Below are positions 15,001 through 30,000 of a stretch of DNA of 64,000 nt, piece by piece (the stretch's first letter is position 1; every line of letters starts with the position of its first letter). Position numbers and translations under genes: made by a program. This DNA comes from Octopus vulgaris (lineage: Eukaryota). The stretch is taken from contig OX597830.1 of the NCBI GenBank assembly GCA_951406725.2, positions 51,398,001 through 51,462,000 on the forward strand, written 5' to 3'. The notes under the pieces are model-generated. The model was not told the DNA's origin, ran no database searches, and saw nothing but the letters and a program-made list of their open reading frames with translations.

Positions 15001-18000
15001 AATAACAAATGTAACAGGATCATTAACAACGAAGACAAAACAATCTTCCCAACAGCCAACAACACAAACCACAACAGAAGCTATAAGAACTACCACACCA
15101 ACCAATATATTTACAACATATCTTACGAAACAGGCCACGGCACAATTAGCATCAACAGAAGATTCGATAACAGCAGCACTAAATAAAACATCAAAAACAA
15201 CAACCACATTACAGCCAACAATGACAACCACAACCGAACAAAAAACAACTACAAAAAAACCGACAACAACCACAACAGAATCGACAACAACCATAACGGA
15301 ATCGAAAACAAAGAATATAGAATTAACAAGAGCCATAACAGAACAGACAACATCCAATACAAAATCTTCAGTAACCATAACAAACGCCGAAACAGTTACA
15401 ACAGAACCGACAACAAACACAACAGAACCACCAACAACCAAAACAGAACAGACAACTACTACAAGAGAACCAAAAAGAACAACAGCAGAACCAACAACAA
15501 CCGTAACAGAACCAATAACAACAGCAGAAGCAATAACTACTACAACAACAAAACCAATAACAACTGAACGACCAACTACAAGCCTAACACAAACAATAAC
15601 AACGGGACGAACTACAATAAATCCAAGAGCAACCACAACAAAACCAACAACTATAATAGAACCAAGAACAGAAGCACCAATAACAACCACAAGACCAACA
15701 ATAACCACAAAACAAACAAAAACCACAAACCCAACAACCACAAGACCAACAATAACCACAAAACAAACAAAAACCACAAACCCAACAACCACAAGACCAA
15801 CAATAACCACAAAACAAACAAAAACCACAAACCCAACAACCACAAAACCAACAGCAACCACGAAACCATCAACGGCTACAAAACCGACAACAGAACCTAC
15901 AAGGATTACAACAGAGCACACAACACTCACAGTAAAACCAAGCATAGCTATTACAGAAGCAACATCAAGCACAGCAGAACAAACAACAACCGCAACAGAG
16001 GCAACAACGACAGCAACCACAGCAGGAACAAAAACGACCACTGCGGAAGCAACAACAGCTTCAGCAGAAATATCAACGGCCATAACAGAAATATCAACGA
16101 ACAAGTCAACCACAACAGAAACAACTATATCAGAAACAAAATCAGCAACAGAACCAGCAACAGTCACAACAGAATCAAAAATTGCGATAGAACCAACAAC
16201 GGCGACAACAACACCAACAATAACAACAAAAAAAGCGACAACACCCACAACGGAACCCACAACAACAGCAACAACAGAACCGACAAATATCACACCAACA
16301 GCTCCATCACAACATACAATTAGAGGTACACCTACTAGTCTAGTAACTACATCACAAACTACAGCAACAACAAGCACCTCTACTACACCAGCAACTACAT
16401 CGCAAACTACAGCAACAGCAGACACTACTACTACTACTACTACTATATCACCAACCACATCGCAAACTACAGTAACAACAGACAAATCTACTACACAAGC
16501 AACTACATCACAAAATATAGCTACAACAGGCATGTCTACTGCACCAGAAACTATATCACAAACAACAGCAAGCGTAGACAAGTCTACTACACTACAAACT
16601 ACAGCAACAGCAAACATGTCTACTACACCAGCAACTACATCACAAACTACAGAAACAGCTGACATGTCTACTACACCATCAACTACTTCACAAACTGCAG
16701 AAACAACAAGCACGTCAACTACACCGTCAACTACATCACAAACTACAGCCAAAACAGACACATCTACTACACAAACAACTACATCACTAAGTACAGAATC
16801 AGTAGGCAGTACTACAGCGCCAACAACTACATCACAAACGACAGCAACGGCAGGCACCACTACTGCAACACCAACTACAGCACAAACTACAGCCGCAACA
16901 GATACGGCTATTACTCCAACTGCTACATCACAAAATACCACAAGTATTATTACTACTACTATATCACCAACTATATCACCCACTACAGCAACAACGGGTA
17001 CGTTTACTACACGTGGAACTACATCACAAACTACAGCAACAACAGACACGTCTCCTACAACAGCAACCATATCACAAACAACAGCATCAGCAGACACCAC
17101 AACTACACCATCTACATCACAAACTACTGTAACAGCAGGCACGTCTACTACCCCAGCAACTACGTCACAAACAACAGCAACGGGAGGCACCACTCCTACA
17201 CCATCAACTACATCGCAAACTAAAACAACAAGCACTTCTACTACGCCAGGAACTATATCACAAGCTACAGCAATCACAGGCGAGTTTACTACAACATCAA
17301 CTTTATCGCAAACAACAGCGGCAGCAGGTACCTCTACTATACATGAAACTACATCACAAACAACAGCAACTGCAGACACCTCTACTACAATATCAACTAT
17401 ATCACAAACTACTGCAACAACAGGCACCACAACTACACCACCTACATCACAAACTACTCTAACAACAGGCACGGTTATGACACCAGCAACTACATCACAA
17501 ACAACAGCAACAGTAGACACCTCTACTACACAAGCAACTACATCACAAAGTACAGCGACAACTGCTACGTCTACTATACCAGTAACTACATTACAAAGTT
17601 CAGAGACAGTAGGCAGTACTACTGCGCCAACAACTACATCACAAAACACAACAACGGCAGGCACCACTACTGCAACACCAACTACATCACAAACTACAGC
17701 CGGAACAGATACAGCTATTACTCCAACTACTACATCACAAAATACCACAAAAAGTATTATTATTACTACTGTATCACCAACTATATCACCCACTACAGCA
17801 ACAACGGGTACGTTTACTACACGTGGAACTACATCACAAACTACAGCAACAACTGGCCCTGCTATTACATCTACAATTGCATCAAAAAAGACAACAGGAA
17901 GCACATATGCTACCCCTGAAACTACATCACAAACAACAGTAACAGTAGGCTCAACTACAACACCAACAATCACATCACAAACTACAGCCACAACAGGCAC

Positions 18001-21000
18001 GTCTACTACACAAGCAACTACATCACAAACTACAGCAACAACAGACACGTCTACTACACCAGCAACTATATCACAAACAACAGCATCAGCAGGTATCACT
18101 ACTACACCAACTACATCACAAACTACAACGATGGGAAGCACATATGCTACACCTGAAACTACATCACAAACAACTGCAAAAGTAGGCTCAACTACAACAC
18201 GAACAACCACATCACAAACTACAGCTGCAACAGGCACGTCTACTACACAAGCAACTACATCACAAACTACAGCAACAACACCCACGTCTACAACACCAGC
18301 AACTATATCACAAACTACAGCACCAGCTGGCAACACTACTACACGAACTACATCACAAACTACAACAATGGGAAGCACATATGCTACACCTGAAACTACA
18401 TCTCAAACAACAGCAACAGTAGGCTCAACTACAACACCAACAACCACATCACAAACTACAGCTGCAACAGGCACGTCTACTACACAGGCAACTACATCAC
18501 AAACTACAGCAACAACAGGCACGTCTACTACACCAGCAACTACATCACAAACTACAGCACCAGCAGGTACCACTACTACACCAACTACATCCCAAACTAC
18601 TGTAACAACAGACACGTCAACAACAATTGCAACAGTAGGCACCACTACAGCACAAACAACAGGAACAGAAGGCTCCACTATAACATCAACAACCACACCC
18701 ATAACAGACACGTCTATTACACCCGCTACTACATCACAAACTACAGCAACAACTGGCACGTCTACTACCCCAGCAACTATATCAGGAACAACAGTAACAG
18801 CAGCCACCACGACTACATCAACTACATCCCAAACAACAGCAACAGCAGACATCTCTACTACACAAGCAACTGCATCTGAAACTACAGCAACAACAGGCAC
18901 AACAACTACAACACCTACATCACAAACTACTCTAACAACAGGCACGTTTACTACACCTGAAACTACATCACAAACTACAGCAACGACTGTCCCTGCTATT
19001 ACATCTACAATTACACCGCAAACTACAACAATGGGAAGCACATATGCTACACCCGAAACTACATCACAAACAACAGCAAAAGTAGGCTCAACTACAACAC
19101 CAACAACCATATCACAAACTACAGCAACAACAGGTACGTCTACTATACAAGCAACTACATCACAAACTACAGCAACAACAGATACGTCTACTACACCAGC
19201 AACTATATCACAAACAACAGCACCAGCAGGCACCACTACTATACGAACTACATCACAATCTACAACAATGGGAAGCACATATGCTACACCTGAAACTACA
19301 TCACAAACAACAGCAACAGTAGGCTCAACTACAACACCAACAACCACATCACAAACTACAGCAACAACAGGCACGTCTACTACGCAAGCAACTACATCAC
19401 AAACTACAGCAACAACAGACACGTCTACTACACCAGCAACTATATCACAAACAACAGCACCAGCAGGCACCACTACTACACGAACTACATCACAAACTAC
19501 AACAATGGGAAGCACATATGCTACACCTGAAACTACATCACAAACAACAGCAACAGTAGGCTCAACTACAACACCAACAACCACATCACAAACTACAGCA
19601 ACAACAGGCACGTCTACTACGCAAGCAACTACATCACAAACTACAGCAACAACAGACACGTCTACTACACCAGCATATATATCACAAACAACAGCACCAG
19701 CAGGCACCACTACTACACCAACTACATCACAAACTACTGTAACAACAGACACGTCTACTACAACTACAACTACGTCAAAAACAACTGCAACAGTAGGCAC
19801 CACTACGACACCATCAACTACATTGCAAACTACAACAACAGCAGACACCTCTACTACACCATCGACTACATCACAAAGTACAGAAACAGTTGTCAGTACG
19901 ACAGCGCCAACAACTACATCACAAATGACAGGAACGGCAGACACCACTACTGCAACACCAATTATATCACACACTACAGCCGCAACAGATACGGCTATTA
20001 CTCCAACTGCTACATCACAAAATCCCACAATTATTGTTACTACTAGTATATCACCAGCTACATCACACACTACAGCAACAACAAGCACGTCTACTACACC
20101 AGCAACTACATCACAAACTACAGCAACAACTGGCCCTACTACTACACTTACAACTACATTACAAACTACAACAACAGGAGGCACCTCTACTACACCTGAA
20201 ACTGCATCACAAGCAAGAGCTTCAATAGGCAACACTACACCACAAACACCACAAACTACAGCCACAACAGACACATCTACTACGCAAGTAACTACATCAC
20301 AAACTGCAGCAACAACAGGCCCGTCTTCTACACCAGCACCTGTGTCACAAATAACAGCATCAGCAGGTACCACAACTACACCAACTACATCACAAACTAC
20401 TGCAGAAGGAACTACAACACAAAGTACAGGAGCAACAGATAGGGCTATTACTTCAACTACTACCTTACAAAATACCACAAGAAGTAGTATTACTACTACT
20501 TCATCGACAATTACATCACAGTCTATTGCGAAAACAGGCACCACTAATACACCAGCAACAACGTCACAAATTACAGCAACAACTGGCTCCACTACTATAC
20601 CTAGAACTTTATCACAAACTACAATAACAGCAGGCACCGCTACAACACAAGTAACTACACCACAGACAACAGCAGCGACAGGTACAACTATTACACCAAC
20701 TACTACGTCACAAGGTACCACAAGAGACACCACCACTACTACTTCAGCATCTACGTCACAAGCTGCAACAACAGCATTCCCCACTACCAGTCCCACTACA
20801 ATAACTGCAATGGCCACAACACAACGACCAACAATTACAAGAGAACCATCAACATCAATAACGGAAACAATAACGACAACAGAACCAACATCAACCATTG
20901 TGGAACAACCAACATCTTTAAACAAATCAACTGAAATGAGTACAACAGTAGCTACACCATCAAGAACAACAACATCAACAACATCCACAGCAGAATCAAC

Positions 21001-24000
21001 AGTAACACCTACAACAGAACGAACAACCAATGCTACAAAACCAACATTAGTGACTACAAAAACCCCAAGAACAACAACAGAACCAACAACACTCACAACA
21101 CCAACTAAAGCAGAACTATCAACAACAATCTCTACAACATCCACCATAGAAGAACCAGCAACAAGAACCACAACAGAACCACCAACAACAATCACAACTA
21201 ATACAACAACTACAATTGGGCGAAAGACAACCATAAATGTGCCAGCCACAATAACAACAGAACCAACAACAACCAATTCAGAACCAACAGCAACCACAAC
21301 GGAAGCAAAACTACCAACAATAAACCCTACAGAACAAACATCAGCTACTACAGCATCGCTATTTAAAATCACAAAGCAAACGGAAATAACCACTACATCA
21401 CAACCAACGCTAGCAACCAGAACAGAGGTAACAAGAACAGAATCTACAAATGCAACCAAAAACGAACCAACAACATCACCTATAACAATGAAAACAGCAA
21501 AAAGTACGTTAAGAGTACCAACAGTAAACACAACGGAATCGACAATAACAGCCACAAAAGAAACTATAACCTCAAATATAGAAGAGCTAACAACGACAGC
21601 AGCACCAATAACAACACAGTCAGCAATATTAAGAGCAGTGACCACAAAATCACTAAGCAAACCAACAACAGAATCAACAACAAACACCGCAGAACGGGCA
21701 ACAATATCAACAACAGAACCGACAATAATAACCACAACAGAATCAGCAACAACCACAGAAGAACCAATAGCATCACCAATTACCACAACGGAACCACCAA
21801 CAGCCACAACAGAACCAGCAACAACCACAACAGAACCAAAAACAGAACCAACAATAACAACCACAACGGAACCAACAACAACCACAACAGAACCAACAAC
21901 GTCCAGAGAAGAACAACCAAAAACCACAACAGAACAAACAACAAACAAACGACAACCGATAACAACAGAAACAGCAACAGTCACAACCACAACGGAACAA
22001 ACAACAACCACAACAGAACCAACAACAAACACAGCAGAACTAACAACAACCACAGCAGAACCAACAACAACCACAACAGAACAAATAACAACCACAACAG
22101 AACCAACAACAACCACAAGAAAACCAACAACAACCACAACAGAACAAATAACAACCACAGCAGAACAAACAACAACCTCTATAGAACCAGCAACAACCAC
22201 AACAGAACCAACAACAACCACAACAGAACCAACAACAACCACAGCAGAACCAACAACAACCACAACAGAAAAAATAACAACCACAGCAGAACCAACAACA
22301 ACCACAGCAGAACCAACAACAACCACAACAGAACCAACAACAACCACAGCAGAACCAACAACAACCACAGCAGAACCAACAACAACCACAACAGAAAAAA
22401 TAACAACCGCAGCAGAACCAACAACAACCACAACAGCAAAAATAACAACCACAACAGAACCGACAACAACCACTACAGAACCAACAACAACCACAACAGA
22501 ACCAACAACAATCACAGCAGAACCAACAACAACCACAGCAGAACCAACAACAACCACAACAGAACAAATAACAACCACAACAGAACCAACAACAACCACT
22601 ACAGAACCAACAACAATCACAGCAGAATCAACAACAACCACAACAGAAAAAATAACAACCACAGCAGAACCAACAACAACCACAGCAGAACCAACAACAA
22701 CCACAACAGAAAAAATAACAACCACAGCAGAACCAACAACAACCACAACAGAAAAAATAACAACCACAGCAGAACCAACAACAACCACAGCAGAACCAAC
22801 AACAACCACAACAGAAAAAATAACAACCACAGCAGAACCAACAACAACCACAACAGAAAAAATAACAACCGCAGCAGAACCAACAACAACCACAACAGAA
22901 CCAACAACAATCACAGCAGAACAAACAACAACCACGACAGAAAAAATAACAACCACAGCAGAACCAACAACAACCACAGCAGAACCAAGAACAACCACAT
23001 CAGAACCAACAACAACCACAACAGAAACAACAACCACAGCAGAACCAACAACAACCACAACAGAACCAACAACAACCACAACAGAACAAATAACAACCAC
23101 AGAAGAACCAACAACAACCACAACAGAACCAACAACTGCTGCAACACAACCAACAATAGCCACAACAGAACCAACAACAACCACAACAGAACCAACAACA
23201 ACCACAGCAGAACCAACAACAACCACAACAGAACCAAAAACAACCACAGCAGAACCAACAACAACCACAAGAGAACCAACAACAATCACAACAGAACCAA
23301 CAACAACCACAGCAGAACCAACAACAACCACAACAGAACCAACAACAATCACAGCAGAACCAACAACAACCACAACAGAACCAACAACAACCACAACAGA
23401 ACCAACAACAACCACAACAGAAAAAATAACAACCACAGCAGAACCAACAACAACCACAACAGAACAAATAACAACCACAGCAGAACCAACAACAACCACA
23501 ACAGAAAAAATAACAACCGCAACAGAACCAACAACAACCACAACAGAAAAAATAACAACCACAGCAGAACCAACAACAACCACAACAGAACCAATAACAA
23601 CCACAGCAGAACCAACAACAACCACAACAGAACCAACAACAACCACAGCAGAACCAACAACAACCACAACAGAACCAACAACAACCACAACAGAACCAAC
23701 AACAACCACAAGAGAACCAACAACAACCACAGCAGAACCAACAACAACCACAACAGAACCAACAACAACCACAACAGAACCAACAACAACCACAACAGAA
23801 CCAACAACAACCACAACAGAACCAACAACAACCACAACAGAACCAACAATAACCACAGCAGAACCAAGAACAGCCACAAGAGAACCAACAACAACCACAG
23901 CAGAAGCAACAACAACCACAACAGAACCAACAACAGCCACAACAGAACCAACAACAACCACAACAGAACCAACAACAACCACAACAGAACCAACAGCAAC

Positions 24001-27000
24001 CACAACAGAACCAACAATAACCACAGCAGAACCAACAACAACCACAACAGAACCAACAACAACCACAGCAGAACCAACAACAACCACAACAGAACCAACA
24101 ACAACCACAACAGAACCAACAACAACCACAACAGAACCAACAACAACCACAGCAGAACCAACAACAACCACAACAGAACCAACAACAACCACAACAGAAT
24201 CAACAACAACCACAACAGAACCAACAACAACCACAACAGAACCAACAACAACCACAACAGAACAAATAACAACCACAACAGAACCAACAACAACCACAGC
24301 AGAACCAACAACAACCACAACAGAACAAATAACAACCACAACAGAACCAACAACAGCCACAACAGAACCAACAACAACCACAACAGAACCAACAACAACC
24401 ACAACAGAACCAACAGCAACCACAACAGAACCAACAACAACCACAGCAGAACCAACAACAACCACAACAGAACAAATAACAACCACAACAGAACCAACAA
24501 CAACCACAACAGAACCAACAACAACCACAACAGAACCAACAACAACCACAACAGAACCAACAGCAACCACAACAGAACCAAGAACAACCACAAGAGAACC
24601 AACAACAACCACAGCAGAACCAACAACAACCACAACAGAACCAACAACAGCCACAACAGAACCAACAACAACCACAACAGAACCAACAGCAACCACAACA
24701 GAACCAACAGCAACCACAACAGAACCAACAACAACCACAGCAGAACCAACAACAACCACAACAGAACCAACAACAACCACAGCAGAACCAACAACAACCA
24801 CAACAGAACCAACAACAACCACAACAGAACCAACAGCAACCACAACAGAACCAACAATAACCACAGCAGAACCAACAACAACCACAACAGAACCAACAAC
24901 AACCACAGCAGAACCAACAACAACCACAACAGAACCAACAGCAACCACAACAGAACCAACAATAACCACAGCAGAACCAACAATAACCACAGCAGAACCA
25001 ACAACAACCACAGCAGAACCAACAACAACCACAACAGAACCAACAACAACCACAACAGAGCAACCAACATCCCCAAAAGAACCAAGTACAAACATCACAA
25101 CCATAGGTATGTCATCTACAACAGCATCAGCAGCAGCAACACCATCGTCAGCAGAACCAAGAGCAACAAACATAATAGAAGAAACAACAACTGTTACAAA
25201 ATCAACACCAACGAATGCAAAAGAATCAACAGTGACAGAATCAATTCTAAGCACAAGGGAACCACCAGGAACAACCACAGCTGAAGCAGTAACAACAACC
25301 GCCATAGGACGAACAAAATCCATGAAAGAACAATCGAAATCAACGGAATCAGCGACAACCACAACGCCAAGTAAAGCAGACCTATTAACCACAAACACTA
25401 CATATCAAACATCAACCATAACAGGACCGCTATTCAAAACTACAAATCAAACAAAAATGCCCACTGAATCACTACCTCTATCAACAAGCACAACGGAATC
25501 GAAAACAACATCAGAACCCTCAACAACAATTGCAACAGTACCAGCAAGAACAACTGCTTTACCAGCGAATGAAACCAAATTTGAGCCCAGCACCATCATA
25601 GTGGAACCAACAACAACCACGGTAGGAAGAATAACTACAACAGAACCAAAAACAACCACAACAGGACAAACAACTACAACAGGACCGACAACAACCACAC
25701 TTGGGGTAAAAGCATCAATATCATCAACTACAGCAACCACAAAAGAACCAACAACAACAAAAGCCATATCAACAACAACGACAGGACCAACGAGCACTAC
25801 AACAGAACCTACAAGAACCGCAGCCATACTAACAACAGTAGCAGAAACGATGACAACCACGACGGAACCAACAACAAATACGACAAAACCAACAACGACA
25901 ACCACAATAAAGTCAATAACTACCGCAAGAGAACCAACAATTAAAGCAGAACCAAAGACAAACACAACAGTAGTTACAACATCAACCACAATAACTTCCT
26001 CAGCAGAACCTATAACTCTACCTTCAATAGAACAACGAATAACAACAAACGCAACACTATTAAGAACAGTCACAACAGAATCAGCACCATCAAGAGAATC
26101 AACAGCATCGACAGGACCAATTACAACAGAACCTAGAACAACGGCAATGGAACAAACAACAGCTTCAAAACAACCAACAATAACCCCAACATTACCTACA
26201 ACAACAACCAAAGCATCAACGACAACTACAACAGAACCAACAACAACACTCATAACAGAACCAGCAACAGCATCCATAGCAGAGCAAATATCAACCATAA
26301 CTGGACCGGTATCTTTGACAAAACAAGCAAATACAACACCTACGTTACAACGAACAAGTGCAACAAGAATAGAAGAGACGACCACAAGAGAAGAAACAAC
26401 AATATCAGCAGAGCCTACGACAACAGCAGAGGAACCAACGACAGCTATCAAAGAATCAACGAAATCAATCACAACAGAACGAACAACAACAGAAACGATA
26501 CCGACAACAACCACAACAGAAACACCCAGCACAGCAGAGGCAACGACAAGCAAAACAGAACCAACAACAATAACTCGAACACTAACACCAACAACTGCAG
26601 CGGAACTAACAACAGCCACAGCAGAAGCAACAAGAACAGCAAACGCAACAGAACCAACAAAAACAATACAACCTGTGATGGCTACAACAAAGCCAACAAC
26701 GGCATCCACAAAGGAACTAACGAACACAAGCATAACAACAAGAGAAACAACAAGACCTGTATCAAAAACAAGAATCACGTTAGGACCACCAAATTCAACT
26801 CAATTAATAACAACCACAACAGAGCCAAAAACATCTATAAACACAACAGAACCAACTACATCAACACTACCAACAATAACAACAGAAACGACAGCAAACA
26901 CAACAAACAGAACAAAAACAAATGCAACAACTGACACTGAACCCACAAAATTTACAATAAGAGAACCAACAACAAAAACAGTACTATCAACAACAGCTAC

Positions 27001-30000
27001 ACTAGAACTAACAACATCTACAGTAGAAACCACACCAACAGAACCAACTCCAACACAGCCAACAACAACGAAAGCGCAACCAACCACAAATATAACAGAA
27101 ATACCAACTACAACAGAAACAACAACAATAACTTCAACCCAGACTATAACAGCCACAGCTGAACCAACGACCACTGCAGCAGAACATACAGCAACAGACA
27201 CATTAGAACCAGCATCCACAACAGGATCAACGGCTAAAATTACAACGGAACCTGCAACAACAACCACAAGGGAACCAACAACAGCAATCATAGATGAACC
27301 ACCAACAGTAGCAAAGACAGAGCCAACAATAACAACAACAACAGACAAACCAACCATAGCAGAAGCAACAAACACCACAGAATCAACAGCAGCAACAAAG
27401 GCTGTAACAACCACAATGGAACCAACAACAGCTTCAGAGGAAACAACAACAATAATTCCAAAATTAGCTACGCAAAAAACCATGAAGACATCCACAACAG
27501 GACCAACAACAACAAACATTACACAGCAAACATCAATCACATTAGAATCGATACCCACAACAAGAAAACAGACAAAAGCAACTACTACATTACAAACCGT
27601 AACAACAGCTGAATCCGCAACATCAGGTGCAACAGTACTAAGAACAACAACAATAGTACCAACAACCGAAAAAGAACCCACAGCAACCAGAATAGGAACA
27701 ACAAAAACAATAAACACAGCAAAACAAACAAAGCCAACATCGATGACGACCACGGCTGAAGCAACAACAAAGACCATAACAGAACCAACGGAAACAAACA
27801 TCACAGTACCAACAACAACAACTATGAAAGAACTAACAACGCCTACAACAATAACACCACCAGCAACAACAACAACAACAACAACAGCCATATCAGAACA
27901 AACAGCAACTACGGAACCAACAGCAACCACAACAGAATCAACATCAGAGACGATAGAGCCAACAACACCAATCACAACAGAACCAACAACAATAACAAAA
28001 ACTGAACCAGCGGTAACCGAAGCAGCAGAAACACCGATCACAACAACAACCACACTCGCACCAAAAACAACAGAAACAGAATCAACAACAGCAAAAAAGA
28101 CACCAGCATCAACAACGGCCACCACCACAACGGAACAAATAGCCAGAAAAGAACCATCAACTATAACAGATCACACAACAACCACCACTACAGAACCAAC
28201 AACAACAGCCACAGTAGAAACCACAAGAATCACAAAAGAAACAACGGTCGCAGCAGAACCAACAACAACCACAAATGTACCAGCAACAGTAACAAGCACA
28301 ACAGAACGAACACCAACAACCTTAGAACCAACTGCAACCACAACAGAATCTTCAACACAAACACTACTAGCAACAAACATACCAGAAACAAGATCAAAGC
28401 CTACAAGTGCAAAGCCAACCACAAGTCAGGAAGTAACAACAGTTACAACGGAACCAACAAGAGGACCAACACGAAGAACAGAACCCACGACAAAAACAGA
28501 GGCAACAAGAACAAAAGAACCAAGAACTATCGAATTAACAAGTTCACATAAAGCACTGACAACAATGGCAGTGCCATCGACAATAACCCCAGAACCACCA
28601 TCAACGATTGAAGCTTTCACAACTGCGGGCACAGTATACACTACGGAACAAACAAGTGGTTTTGGTCCGACAGCAAACACTACAGTAATATCAACAAGTG
28701 CCAAACAACCAACATCAGTCATAACTGATCAAAATGGTACTGCGACAGAACAAACTACAATCAATACACAAACTAAAGACATTACAATATCAACTTTGAG
28801 CACAGAAGGGTCAGCAACAACTAACGAAGCAATAACAACTAGAAAACGAACAACAGCAGCAACAGAAACACCAATGTCATCAACAATAAATGCCATTCAA
28901 TCAGAACCAACAACTTCACAACAGCCATCTGCTACAATACCAGTGACAAGCACAGCACAATCAAAGGCAAACACAACACTTGTATCAATAGATACAACAA
29001 TGACTGCAAGGGAAATAACAACCACTAAAGAATCCACAACAGTTTCCTCAGAGACATCAGTTGATGTACCAACGTCCGCAACATTTCCAACAATCAACAT
29101 GGATAAAACAACTGAAAACCAGGCATCCATAAACAATACACAGCAGATATCTAGTGGTACTATGTCAACAACAGTTACACTAGAACCAATAACAGATACT
29201 GCACTGGAAACAAGCAGATCAAAAGAGTTAGGTAAAGTATCAGGTATGACACCACCAACAACGACAACTACAATAGCAGAACCAATAACATCCGCAACAA
29301 AAACAACAGACACAGCAAAAATGATCACAACAGAAGCCACAGCACAAACAGAACCAAAACCAATCACGGTAGAATTAACAAGTGCAAGTGAAACTAACAC
29401 TGCAATTCCAACAGTACCCACAAAATCCACAAGGGAACTACCAACACTATTCACAACAGAACCAGCAACAACAACAACCTCAACAGAACCAACAACCATA
29501 TCAACCACAACAGAAGCATTAATGACAACTACTACAATAGAACAAACAACAACACCAACCACAACAAAACCAACAACAACCACAATAGAACCATCAACAA
29601 CAACAACCACAACAGAACCAGCAACACCACCAATCACAACAAAACCAACAACAATAACCGCAATAGAAGCAACTATACCAACAACAACAAAACCAACAAC
29701 AACCATAACAGAACCAACAACAACCACAACAGAACCATCAACAACAACATACCAACAATACCAACAACAACAACCACCACAGAACCACAACCACAACACA
29801 ACAGGAAGAGCAACAACAACCACAGCAGAACCAACAACAGCAATCACAACAGAACCGACAAGAACGATCGTAACAGAACCAGCAACAACAGCAACAAGAT
29901 CAACCACAACAGAACCAACAACAACCCCAACTAGAATAATCACAACAGGACCACCACCAACAACCTCAACAGAAACGACCACAAAAATCACAACACATCC

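Noticed and set aside
16424-16444. (ACT)n and (ACA)n microsatellites (also near 6176 and 3068)
   Set aside because: Short in-frame poly-Thr codon runs, expected in this composition and not separate elements.
21990-25060. CRISPR array, telomeric repeat or non-coding satellite
   Set aside because: There are no unique spacers, cas genes or telomere motif. Unit lengths are multiples of 3 and in frame with the flanking coding sequence.
28838-28852. Basic clusters (TRKR here; also RRK near 50652 and KR near 806) as furin sites of a polyprotein
   Set aside because: They do not fit R-x-K/R-R, are not periodic, and are not kept in the paralogous cassette, which reads TKER at about 30680.
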